47,640 nucleotides of DNA. Origin: Elusimicrobia bacterium RIFOXYA12_FULL_57_11. GTDB lineage: Bacteria > Elusimicrobiota > Elusimicrobia > Elusimicrobiales > UBA9959. This document shows positions 8,269 to 16,711 of the stretch, in pieces. The stretch lies in the NCBI GenBank assembly GCA_001800275.1, contig MGVB01000055.1, positions 1 through 47,640 of the forward strand. Reading direction: 5' to 3'. Position 1 is the stretch's first letter; the number at the start of each line of letters is the position of its first letter. The notes below the pieces were generated by a model. That model was not told the DNA's origin, did no database searches, and worked only from the letters and a program-made list of their open reading frames with translations. A program made the position numbers and the translations under genes.

Positions 8269-9069
8269 ATGGAAAAGGATTTAACCGGTAAATTGTTCGG
8301 GCCAATAGTCGTGCTTGCCCTGGTCGCGATATCTTTCTCGGCCTTCTTTATAGTCCCCCCCGGCGAAGTGGCCATTAAGACCCGCCTGGGTTCTATAGTG
8401 GATTCTTACAGCGAGGGGCTGCATTTCAAGATGCCTTTTGTGGAGAACATTACCAAATTCTCCATACAAATACAGCGCGCTAATATCAAGACGCAGGCTT
8501 TCTCCAAGGACCTGCAGACAATGAATGCGCGTCTTGTTGTGAATCATCGTATACAGAAGGAGACAGCGGTCAGTATTTTTCGCAACCTGGGGCCCTCGTA
8601 TGTGGAAAATATAGTTGATCCCGCCGTGCAGGAAGTTTTTAAGGCGATAGCCGCCCGTTACACCGCCGAAAGGGTTATTGCCGAGCGTAACGAGCTTGTT
8701 ATGGAGCTTAATTCGGAAGTGAAAGAACGGCTCACAAAAAAAGAAATCATCGTCACCGATATTTCCGTGGTGGACCTGGACTTCACCGAGCAATTCCTTA
8801 AAGCCGTGGAAGACAAACAGGTGGCCGACCAGCAGGCTCAGATGGCCGGCAAGCTTGTGGAGAAGGCCAAGCGTGATGCCGAGCAGCAGATAGCTAAATC
8901 CCGCGGTGAAGCGGAGGCTTTACGCATGCAGCGCGAGCAGGTTACCCCCGCCCTTATTGAGCTGCGCAAGGTGGATGCCCAACTTAAAGCTATAGAGAAA
9001 TGGAATGGTGTGCTGCCGGGGTATGTGGGTGCCGGTGTGCCATTTATCTCTATAGAGAAAGGTAAATAA
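8269..9069 (+). CDS. SPFH/Band 7 (prohibitin/HflC-like) membrane protein
   Basis: N-terminal TM helix followed by VPPGEVAIKTRLG and an Ala/Glu/Lys coiled-coil tail. The ATG at 8269 follows GGAGGT (8260-8265). The longer ORF from 8197 has no visible SD. Confidence 0.85.
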   Translation: MEKDLTGKLFGPIVVLALVAISFSAFFIVPPGEVAIKTRLGSIVDSYSEGLHFKMPFVENITKFSIQIQRANIKTQAFSKDLQTMNARLVVNHRIQKETAVSIFRNLGPSYVENIVDPAVQEVFKAIAARYTAERVIAERNELVMELNSEVKERLTKKEIIVTDISVVDLDFTEQFLKAVEDKQVADQQAQMAGKLVEKAKRDAEQQIAKSRGEAEALRMQREQVTPALIELRKVDAQLKAIEKWNGVLPGYVGAGVPFISIEKGK

Positions 9070-9100
9070 GTTTAGCGCATAAAACAAGTTCAATGTCTGA

Positions 9101-9135
9101 AAAGGCCCGGCTTTGTCCGGGCCTTTCCATTTTAT
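9101..9135 (+). terminator. Rho-independent terminator
   Basis: AAAGGCCCGG-CTTTGT-CCGGGCCTTT hairpin followed by a T-rich tract. Confidence 0.65.
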
Positions 9136-9169
9136 AAAAATAGGATTTTTTACACTTGGGTCTTGATTA

Positions 9170-9198
9170 TTGATTAATTGTATGCTAGGCTTTATTAA
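9170..9198 (+). promoter_or_regulatory. Putative promoter (TTGATT-17-TATTAA)
   Basis: Hexamers read in the AT-rich gap upstream of the DUF2089-like gene. AAGGA lies before the ATG at 9240. Confidence 0.35.
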
Positions 9199-9239
9199 GT
9201 TAACTCAACTCTTAATAAAATTAAGGAAAAATTAATAAT

Positions 9240-9608
9240 ATGAGTATTCCTAATGCGTGCCCTTCCTGCAGTGGAAATCTGGTGGTAACTGAGCTTTGCT
9301 GCTCGGATTGTAAAACCATGATAAGGGGTTCTTTTGGTCTGCCCATTTTTGCCTCGCTTTCGGCGGAGGAGGGGGAATTTTTAAAGATCTTCCTTGCCGC
9401 TCGCGGCAGCATAAAAGAAGTGGAGCGGCAGTTAAATATTTCTTACCCTACCGTGAAGGCGCGCCTGGACGCATTGCTTAATAGGCTTGGTTTGGGTAGC
9501 CTGCAGGTGGAGGCGAAGAAAAGCCGTATGGAAATAGTTGCGCGCCTGGAGCGGGGGGAGATGACCGCGCAGGATGCTATCGGGCTGTTGAAGAGACTGG
9601 AAGAATAA
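9240..9608 (+). CDS. DUF2089-like zinc-ribbon plus HTH protein
   Basis: CPSCSGNLVVTELCCSDCKTMIRGSF zinc ribbon, then FLKIFLAARGSIKEVERQLNISYPTVKARLDAL. Matches my recollection of DUF2089. Confidence 0.8.
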   Translation: MSIPNACPSCSGNLVVTELCCSDCKTMIRGSFGLPIFASLSAEEGEFLKIFLAARGSIKEVERQLNISYPTVKARLDALLNRLGLGSLQVEAKKSRMEIVARLERGEMTAQDAIGLLKRLEE

Positions 9609-9621
9609 GGGAAGGTAAAAT

Positions 9622-9987
9622 ATGAACGAGGAAAAACTGCGGATACTTAAAATGCTGGAGGGGGGGAAGGTTTCTTCGGTTGAGGCTATGGGGTTGCTGG
9701 AAGCTTTGGGTGAGCCCAGGTCCGGCGGCGGGGGGGCGCGCGCGCGGGCGCTGCGTATACGCGTATATGAGGGTGGGGCTGTGGAGCCCAAGGTTAATGT
9801 TAGTATTCCCCTGGGCTGGGCCAAGTTTATGGCACCCTTTATGGAGAGTAAGATAGGGGCCAAGCTTGCTGATAGGGGCTACAATGTGGATCTGGATAAG
9901 ATACGGGATGCTATTAACGGACAGGAGTCTATGAGAATAGTGGATGTTCAGGATGGTGGGGACAAGGTGGAGATTTTTATAGAGTAG
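9622..9987 (+). CDS. SHOCT-like domain protein (usual partner of DUF2089)
   Basis: EEKLRILKMLEGGKVSSVEAMGLLEAL is a SHOCT-like helix pair. 13 nt downstream of the preceding gene. Confidence 0.7.
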   Translation: MNEEKLRILKMLEGGKVSSVEAMGLLEALGEPRSGGGGARARALRIRVYEGGAVEPKVNVSIPLGWAKFMAPFMESKIGAKLADRGYNVDLDKIRDAINGQESMRIVDVQDGGDKVEIFIE

Positions 9988-10013
9988 GGGCGCTGCGCTT
10001 GTCGATTAGGGGG

Positions 10014-10031
10014 TGTTTTCACGTGAAAACA
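10014..10031. other. parS-like centromere site, perfect 18-bp palindrome TGTTTTCACGTGAAAACA
   Basis: Read directly. The core TTTCACGTGAAA equals the canonical parS core. Lies upstream of parA-parB. Confidence 0.65.
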
Positions 10032-10168
10032 CGGTCGCCTGAAAACACCATGAAGATGTTTTTTCTCCAAAGGCCCGCGCTTTAGTGCTATTTTTTCGGG
10101 TAAGGGAAGACGGCAGGTTTGACTTGTCTGAATTAAAACTGTAAAATTATCTCGGCAGGTTTCGGGCA

Positions 10169-10185
10169 CGTTTCACGTGAAAACA
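10169..10185. other. Second parS-like site CGTTTCACGTGAAAACA
   Basis: Same core. Left arm has canonical length and the right arm carries the extra A. 62 nt upstream of the parA ATG. Confidence 0.55.
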
Positions 10186-10246
10186 TTTAAAATCCGTATG
10201 CGGGGTGTTCTCCGTCTGCGGCATATACGCGAGCAATGGAGCGGAC

Positions 10247-11086
10247 ATGGCTGAAATAGTTGCAATAGCAAATCAGAAGGGCGGTGTCGGTAAAACTACC
10301 ACGGCAATTAATCTCGCCGTGGCTTTGGCGTCTTTTGATTATGAGACGCTCCTTGTGGACTTTGATCCCCAGAGCAATGCAACCTGCGGGCTCGGGGTGG
10401 ATATCACCAAAAAGCACAACAATATCTATGATGTTATGTGCGGGAAGGCTCCTATAGAGGCGGCCATACACCAGACTTCTGTGGAATGGTTGGATGTTGT
10501 TCCCACCAGTCATAACCTGGCGGGTGCTGAAATAGAACTGGTTAGCGAGCTCTCTCGCGAGTCGGTGCTCAAGCGGGCGCTGGATAAGGTTCGCGGTATG
10601 TACAAATATATAATAATAGATTGTCCGCCCTCGCTGGGGCTGCTTACCATAAATGCCCTTACCGCTTCCGATTCTATTATCACCCCGGTGCAGTGTGAGT
10701 ATTACGCTATGCAGGGGTTGGCCTATTTTGTGAATACCGTTGAGAAAATGCGCCTGGCACTGAATCCTGGCCTGCGGCTGGATGGCGGGGTTATTACCAT
10801 GTATGACGCCAGGATAAATCTTGCCAACCAGGTAAAGAGCGAGATTGGTAAGTACTATGGGCAGCGTTTATATCAGACCGTTATTCCGCGCAATGTGCGC
10901 CTGGCCGAGGCGCCCAGCTTCGGGCAGTCGATCTTTGTTTATGATCCCAGCTCCCGCGGCGCGCTGGCTTACAAGGATCTTGCCTTAGAGTTCCTTTCCC
11001 GGAGGGGTGTGGATATCGAGGGATATAAAAAATCCGGTCTTTATGTTAATGAGGCCGCTGAGCTGGAGTATGACTTGGGCGGATAA
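10247..11086 (+). CDS. parA: Chromosome partitioning ATPase ParA/Soj
   Basis: Deviant Walker A NQKGGVGKTTTAINLA. The ATG at 10247 is preceded by GGAG. The track ORF from 10205 adds an implausible leader. About 35 aa of C-terminal extension. Confidence 0.9.
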   Translation: MAEIVAIANQKGGVGKTTTAINLAVALASFDYETLLVDFDPQSNATCGLGVDITKKHNNIYDVMCGKAPIEAAIHQTSVEWLDVVPTSHNLAGAEIELVSELSRESVLKRALDKVRGMYKYIIIDCPPSLGLLTINALTASDSIITPVQCEYYAMQGLAYFVNTVEKMRLALNPGLRLDGGVITMYDARINLANQVKSEIGKYYGQRLYQTVIPRNVRLAEAPSFGQSIFVYDPSSRGALAYKDLALEFLSRRGVDIEGYKKSGLYVNEAAELEYDLGG

Positions 11087-11163
11087 GGTGTGACTTGCTG
11101 ATGATTTTTGTGGCAGGCATGCAGGTTAAATATCAAATTGTGCTTGTTATTTAAGGAGAAATT

Positions 11164-12033
11164 ATGAGAAAGGCTTTAGGCAGGGGAATAGATTCCCTTA
11201 TCACCAAGGTTCAAGATAACGATATTTCCGGTGACGTTGTTCAGCGGATACCGGTGGACAAGATAATTCCTAACCGCTTTCAGCCGCGGCGCAATTTCGA
11301 CGAAGCTAAATTAGCCGAGCTTGCCAATTCCATAAAAGAGCGTGGTTTGATACAGCCTATTTCAGTGTGGAAAGATGGCGGCACGGAAACTTACGAGCTG
11401 CTGGCCGGTGAGCGCCGCCTGCGCGCTTCCAAAATAGCGGGATTGACCGAAATTGACGCTATTGTAAAAAAAGACCTTAATGATGAGGCTAAGCTGGCAC
11501 TCTCACTTATAGAAAACATACAACGCGAAGATCTTAATGCTGTGGATACCGCCCTGGCCTACCGGCAGTTGATGGATGAATTCGGCGTTTCCCAGGCGGA
11601 TATCGCCCGCAGTGTGCATAAATCGCGCACCACGGTATCAAATACCCTGCGGCTGCTGGACCTTGAAAACGATATTCTGCAGGGTGTGCAGGCTGGCCTG
11701 ATCGACGAAGGGCACGCCCGGGCGCTGATCTCGGTGCCGGATGTGGCCCGCCGCCGCGACTTTTACCTGCGCATTCTGGCGGAAAAACTTACAGTGCGCG
11801 ACGTGGAGGATTTCGCCCGCGGGTTCCACGCGCCCCGCAAAGGCGCCGAACGCAAAACGCGCGGCGCGCAGCGCAAAAGCCCCGAGGTGCAGGCGCTGGA
11901 GGCGGCGCTTGAAAAGCGCCTGGGGACCAAGGTGGATATCTGCCCCGGGTCCGGGCCCCAAAATGGTAAAATCGTGGTGCATTATTATTCGCTGGACGAT
12001 TTGGACAGGGTGACACAAATTTTACAGAAGTAG
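11164..12033 (+). CDS. parB: Chromosome partitioning protein ParB/Spo0J
   Basis: IPNRFQPRR, LAGERRLRAS and IENIQREDL motifs. Confidence 0.9.
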   Translation: MRKALGRGIDSLITKVQDNDISGDVVQRIPVDKIIPNRFQPRRNFDEAKLAELANSIKERGLIQPISVWKDGGTETYELLAGERRLRASKIAGLTEIDAIVKKDLNDEAKLALSLIENIQREDLNAVDTALAYRQLMDEFGVSQADIARSVHKSRTTVSNTLRLLDLENDILQGVQAGLIDEGHARALISVPDVARRRDFYLRILAEKLTVRDVEDFARGFHAPRKGAERKTRGAQRKSPEVQALEAALEKRLGTKVDICPGSGPQNGKIVVHYYSLDDLDRVTQILQK

Positions 12034-12047
12034 CGCAAAGGGGACAG

Positions 12048-13073
12048 ATGCGTTTTCTTTCGTCGTTAGCGGTGTTGTCCGTATTCTGCCTGCCGTGCGC
12101 GGCCCAGGTGGCGTCCGCGCCCGAGGGTGACAAGGGCCCGGCTTTTTCCGTAAAGTCGCCGGTGCCGGTGTACCACGCGCTGGAGAAGGACCTGGGCAAG
12201 TATTATCTTTACGCCGACGGCGGCTTTCACGCAGACTGGTACGTGGGCTACAACAACTGCTGGGTGGTAAAACTGCCGCCCGTGACCGCCGCCCCTTTTG
12301 CCAGGGCTTTTATAGGGGCCAAGCTGGGGCGGTCTAAAATAATGTCCTGGCCCATGGCCTGGGATCCGCGGCCTATCCCGGGTAAAATTTACCTGGCCAT
12401 AAACAGCGAGCCTGTCTTCAATTCCGAGAATATGTATTTCCTTGTGGACGCGGCGGATATCCCGCGCGAGCCGCTGCCCAACGACCATCTTGAGGGGGTG
12501 GATTCGGCCCGCTGGTTCTGGACGGAGATTCCCCTGTCCCGGCTGTCCATAGAAAAACCCAGCTATATGGCGCTCTGGTCTTCTTCCAGATATTTTATAG
12601 CGTCGTCCAGCTCCCCCATAGTGGCCGCGGCCAAGTCGGACAGTACCGAGGAGGATGTCTGGCTGAGCCGGTCCGTAAAGGGCAATCCGCCTTCCGGCGA
12701 CGGGGTATTTGACATCCCGGTTTCCGGGCTTAAGCCCGCGATAGCCGTAAAACTTATCCCCGCCAACGAGTACAAGGTTTTTATAAAGGGCTTCATGGCC
12801 GAACTGGACGCCCGCAGCATAACCGCCTCGTTTGCCGTGGTGGGCGAGGATATCCGCGCGGCGTGGCTGGAAGTTTCTTACGACAAATTCGACTGGCAGC
12901 GTGTTACGCGCTATATGTTCAAGGCCCCTTACTTCTGGAGTTTCGGCCGGGAAGAAATTTCGCGGGACATGTTCTACCTGCGCGCCGCGGCGGTGGATAA
13001 CCTGGAGAATACGGGGTATTCCAAAGAAGTGGTGGTGCCGGCCGCGGGCCGGGCGCCCGTCGTGCAGGAGTGA
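12048..13073 (+). CDS. Hypothetical exported protein
   Basis: Signal peptide MRFLSSLAVLSVFCLPCAAQVA. 341 aa. No family recognised. Confidence 0.65.
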   Translation: MRFLSSLAVLSVFCLPCAAQVASAPEGDKGPAFSVKSPVPVYHALEKDLGKYYLYADGGFHADWYVGYNNCWVVKLPPVTAAPFARAFIGAKLGRSKIMSWPMAWDPRPIPGKIYLAINSEPVFNSENMYFLVDAADIPREPLPNDHLEGVDSARWFWTEIPLSRLSIEKPSYMALWSSSRYFIASSSSPIVAAAKSDSTEEDVWLSRSVKGNPPSGDGVFDIPVSGLKPAIAVKLIPANEYKVFIKGFMAELDARSITASFAVVGEDIRAAWLEVSYDKFDWQRVTRYMFKAPYFWSFGREEISRDMFYLRAAAVDNLENTGYSKEVVVPAAGRAPVVQE

Positions 13074-13101
13074 GCGCGTAAGCCGCGGGGAAGTGCGCTA
13101 T

Positions 13102-14136
13102 ATGGCAAGAAAACTTAATGTGGCCGTGGTGGGCGCGTCTGGGATGGTGGGCGGCCAGCTGCTGGAGCTGCTGGAAAGCCGCCGCTTCCCGGTAAACGAA
13201 TTTTATCCTTTTAATTCCGGCCGCCGCCCGGCGGTGGTTTGGTTTCGGGGTAAAAAATATGCCTGCCTGCGGCCTTCGCTGGACGCGCTTAAAAAAGCCG
13301 ACCTGGTGTTTTTTGTTTCCACGGACGAGGTGTCCGCTAAATACGCCCCGCGCCTGGCCGCCGCCGGGGTGTGGTGTATCGACGATTCTTCGCGGTTCCG
13401 TTTGGCGCCCGGCGTGCCGCTGGTGATCCCCGAGGTCAACGGCGGCGAACTGGGCCCCTCAAAAAAACTGATAGCCGGCCCCAACTGCACTATTACGGGC
13501 GCGGCCGTGGCTTTGGCCGGCATCCACCGCAAATTCCGCGTAAAGGCGCTGCGCCTTGCCACCTATCAGGCGGTTTCCGGCGCGGGCCGCGCGGCCATGG
13601 GGCAGCTTGAGGCGGAATTAAAAACATATTTCAAGACCGGGAAAGTCCCGGTGCTGCGGGGGGCGTTCCCGCGGCCTATAGCCTTCAACCTGTTCCCGCA
13701 GGTTGGAGGGTTCGACGCGCAGGGCCATTCCGGCGAAGAGAATAAAGTCGCGGCGGAACTTAAAAAGATCTGGCGGGCGCCCGGAGTTAAAATAAGTTCC
13801 ACGGCTGTGCGCGTGCCGGTGCTGCGCGGCCATAGCCTGGGCGTCTGGGCGGCCACGGCAAAGCCCTGGACGCTGAAAGCCCTGGCGGCGGAGCTTAAAA
13901 GGACTCCGGGGCTGAAATTCTTTCCCGAAGCGAAAAACTATCCGGCGCCGCTGAGCCACGGCAATAAAACTTTTGAGGTTTACGCCGGGCGCCTGCGCCG
14001 GGCCGATACCGCGCCCAACGAATTTCAGCTTTGGGTGGTGTCGGATAACCTGTATAAGGGCGCGGCTTTGAATTCCATGCAGATAGCGGAGCGGCTGCTG
14101 GCTGATAAGTATTTCAGGCGGGGGGGGATATTATGA
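13102..14136 (+). CDS. asd: Aspartate-semialdehyde dehydrogenase
   Basis: VAVVGASGMVGG Rossmann motif and active-site IAGPNCTI. The start at 13102 (MARKLNV) removes the out-of-context 90-aa extension of track ORF 12832. Confidence 0.9.
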   Translation: MARKLNVAVVGASGMVGGQLLELLESRRFPVNEFYPFNSGRRPAVVWFRGKKYACLRPSLDALKKADLVFFVSTDEVSAKYAPRLAAAGVWCIDDSSRFRLAPGVPLVIPEVNGGELGPSKKLIAGPNCTITGAAVALAGIHRKFRVKALRLATYQAVSGAGRAAMGQLEAELKTYFKTGKVPVLRGAFPRPIAFNLFPQVGGFDAQGHSGEENKVAAELKKIWRAPGVKISSTAVRVPVLRGHSLGVWAATAKPWTLKALAAELKRTPGLKFFPEAKNYPAPLSHGNKTFEVYAGRLRRADTAPNEFQLWVVSDNLYKGAALNSMQIAERLLADKYFRRGGIL

Positions 14137-14423
14137 ATTTAAAAATTTTCCTGTTTCCGGTTATGGCGCTGGCTCTGGCGGCCTGCGGTAAAGAGGCGGC
14201 CGAGCCTCAGAAACCCCCGCAGGAGCCTGTGCGTACCGCCGACGCCGCCACCCGGGCGGGCATGTCCACGGGCAGCAGCCTGGGCGTGGTGCTTAACGCT
14301 CCCGGCAATTATGTGCGCGGTACGGTGGGGAATGTGGATAAGGCTAAAACAGCGGCCAGGCTTGCCAACCGGACCATAGACGCGCGCATGAACATTGATC
14401 CTGCCAACCCTGCCGGCAACTGA
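14133..14423 (+). CDS. Small putative lipoprotein
   Basis: ATGA overlap with the asd stop. Lipobox-like LALAAC-GKE. Confidence 0.6.
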   Translation: MNLKIFLFPVMALALAACGKEAAEPQKPPQEPVRTADAATRAGMSTGSSLGVVLNAPGNYVRGTVGNVDKAKTAARLANRTIDARMNIDPANPAGN

Positions 14424-14450
14424 CACTTTCCACCTTCAGTCGGGCTTTTG

Positions 14451-15191
14451 TTAAATATCGGAGTCGAATTCCGGCATGTTGCCGCGGTACTTTAGCGGCA
14501 CCCCGCCGCGCTGGGCGCGCGGGTTCAGGCGTTCTTTTATGGCCACCGCCGTAAAAAAAGAGCGCCAGAGGCCGGCCACCTGCGGTTCACCGTCCGAGGG
14601 GGGAGGGCGGGTTTCAGCGTCCAGCTGCGCCAGGCGCAGCCTGCCCCCGAAATAAAGCGCGGCCAGCTCCCTTTTTGCGTCGTGTATTACCCAGTCGGAC
14701 GCCGCGGTGCGGCGTTTGAAATGCGCCGCCACCAGCGGCAGTACATTGTGGTCCGGCTCAATGCGCGCGTACAGCGTGCCGTCACGCAGTTCCGTAAAGC
14801 GCAGCAAGCCTTTGAAGCGGTGGCCCTCGCGCAGCACCGCGGCGGCGGCCTTCTGCACCTTGGCCACCACAGGGTCGGCCAGCAGGTCGTTTAAGGCTTT
14901 GCCTTTAGAGAAAGCCATGCGAGCGTAGGTAAGCAGCGTTTTTTCTTTTTCCGGTCCGGTCCAGAGCCAGCAAAGCTTTATGTTCTCCGCCGTGCCGGGC
15001 CCCGCCAGGGTGTCCAGCTTGCGCAGGAAAGCCGCGCATTCCGCTATAGAGGCCGCTATCTCAACTGCCGGGCTGAACAGGTTCTCCTGGCACGGCGCGG
15101 CCAGGGTTATTTCTGCCGCGGGGTCTATGGCCGCGGCCTTTATGGCGCAGACCAGCCCGGTAAAAGAATTATCGTAAACATAGGTTCCCAT
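14451..15191 (-). CDS. Putative DNA metabolism/repair protein (TIGR03915/DUF4130-like partner of the radical SAM protein)
   Basis: N-terminus YVYDNSFTGLVCAI resembles the family as I recall it. Sits immediately downstream of the radical SAM gene on the same strand. Confidence 0.75.
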   Translation of the reverse strand: MGTYVYDNSFTGLVCAIKAAAIDPAAEITLAAPCQENLFSPAVEIAASIAECAAFLRKLDTLAGPGTAENIKLCWLWTGPEKEKTLLTYARMAFSKGKALNDLLADPVVAKVQKAAAAVLREGHRFKGLLRFTELRDGTLYARIEPDHNVLPLVAAHFKRRTAASDWVIHDAKRELAALYFGGRLRLAQLDAETRPPPSDGEPQVAGLWRSFFTAVAIKERLNPRAQRGGVPLKYRGNMPEFDSDI

Positions 15192-15231
15192 TTTTTATAT
15201 CAGCCGCCAGTTTATCATAAACCGCCCGGGG

Positions 15232-16485
15232 TTATAATTCCCCCGGCTGCGCGGTGGCGGAGAACAGCCCTGGCTGTGGCGCGGCCGCGGGCTCTTTTTT
15301 CTCCAGCAGGCGGGTCTTTATGTTTTCGGCGGAGTTCTTTTTCAGGCCGCCGTAGCGGCCGCCGGCGGTAACAAAATATACGGCGCGCTTCATTACCACG
15401 CCCAGGCGCCCCAGGTCCTCAAGGTTGAGGCGCGCGGCCCGGCGGGCGCGCAATATCTTTTGCGCCGAAAGGGCGCCTATGCCCGGCACCCGCAGCAGCT
15501 CCAGGTGCTCGGCGGTGTTCACCTCCAGGGGGAATTTGTCCAGGTTGTTCAGCGCCCACATGGTCTTGGGGTCGAAGGTGAGGTCCAGGCAGGGGCATTT
15601 TTCGTTCAATAATTCGTCGGCGGCAAAGCCGTAGAAGCGCAGCAACCAGTCGGCCTGGTAAAGGCGGTGCTCGCGCGCCAGCGGCGGCTCCTTCAGGGCG
15701 GGGAGGCGGCTGTCCGCGCTTACCGGCACGAAAGCCGAATAGTACACGCGCTTGAGCGACATTTTTTTATACAGCGCCTCGCTCAGCCGCATTATCTGCA
15801 GGTCGGTTTCCGGGCTGGCGCCGATTATAAGCTGTGTGCTCTGTCCGCCCGGCGCGTACAGGGGCGCGTTTTTAATGCTTTTACGTTCGTCGCGGCTGGC
15901 GCTTATGCGTTCGGCCAGGCGGCTCATGGGCCTTAAAATGCCTTCTTTGGTTTTGCCAGGGGCCAGGCGCGCCAGGCTGCCCGAGGTGGGAAGCTCAATG
16001 TTTACGCTAACGCGGTCGGCGTACAGGCCCGCCCGGTCAATAAGTTCGCGGCTGGCGCCGGGTATAACTTTCAGGTGGATATAGCCGGTAAAGCGTTTTT
16101 CTTCGCGCAGTTTGCGCACCGCTTCCAGCATGAGTTCCATGGTATGGTCCGGCGACACCACCACGCCGGAGCTCAGGAACAGGCCTTCTATGTAATTGCG
16201 CCGGTAAAACTCAAAGGTAAGGGAGGCTATCTCGTCCGGGGTAAGCTCGGCGCGGGGAATGTCGTTGGAGCGCCGGTTAACGCAGTAGGCGCAGTCGTAA
16301 ACGCAGGCGTTAGCCATTAAGATCTTCAGCAAAGATATGCAGCGCCCGTCGGCCGCCCAGCTGTGGCAGATGCCGCTTGCGTGCGCGGCCCCGTTGCCGC
16401 CCGCGCGGTCGGAGCCTGAAGACGAACAGGAGGCGTCGTATTTCGCACCGGCGGAGAGTATCGCTATTTTTTGTTCAAGGGTCAT
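15232..16485 (-). CDS. Putative DNA modification/repair radical SAM protein (TIGR03916-like)
   Basis: KIAILSAGAKYDASCSSSGS N-terminus. CX3CX2C as CVYDCAYC. C-terminal HhH-like LELLRVPGIG. The start at 16485 (MTLEQK) is preferred over 16524. Confidence 0.85.
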   Translation of the reverse strand: MTLEQKIAILSAGAKYDASCSSSGSDRAGGNGAAHASGICHSWAADGRCISLLKILMANACVYDCAYCVNRRSNDIPRAELTPDEIASLTFEFYRRNYIEGLFLSSGVVVSPDHTMELMLEAVRKLREEKRFTGYIHLKVIPGASRELIDRAGLYADRVSVNIELPTSGSLARLAPGKTKEGILRPMSRLAERISASRDERKSIKNAPLYAPGGQSTQLIIGASPETDLQIMRLSEALYKKMSLKRVYYSAFVPVSADSRLPALKEPPLAREHRLYQADWLLRFYGFAADELLNEKCPCLDLTFDPKTMWALNNLDKFPLEVNTAEHLELLRVPGIGALSAQKILRARRAARLNLEDLGRLGVVMKRAVYFVTAGGRYGGLKKNSAENIKTRLLEKKEPAAAPQPGLFSATAQPGEL

Positions 16486-16670
16486 GGCGCCGTTTTTTTC
16501 CGCGCATATAGCATAGCACATCAACCCGACAAGGAGGTGTCGGGGTCCCGCAGGGTTTGGATTTCCGGCATGGAGCCGCCCGTGCCGCCCCGGTATTTCC
16601 TGCCGGGATATTTATTTCTTCCGAACCTGCGCGCCGCGCGCCTGGACCGCCGCCGGCCCGGCGCGGAGTT

Positions 16671-16679
16671 TGTTATAAT
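16671..16679 (+). promoter_or_regulatory. Extended -10 element TGTTATAAT
   Basis: Exact TGnTATAAT, 33 nt upstream of the TTG start at 16712. No clear -35. Confidence 0.35.
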
Positions 16680-16711
16680 TCCCACAGCCGGTTTAAGCCG
16701 GAAAGCGGGGA

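Noticed and set aside
12832-13101. 90-aa upstream extension of the asd ORF
   Set aside because: It overlaps the preceding exported-protein gene out of frame, and Asd homology begins at MARKLNVAVVGASG.
14333-14341. Perfect DnaA-box-like nonamer TGTGGATAA
   Set aside because: A single intragenic copy with no cluster of boxes and no adjacent AT-rich unwinding element, so it is not evidence for oriC.
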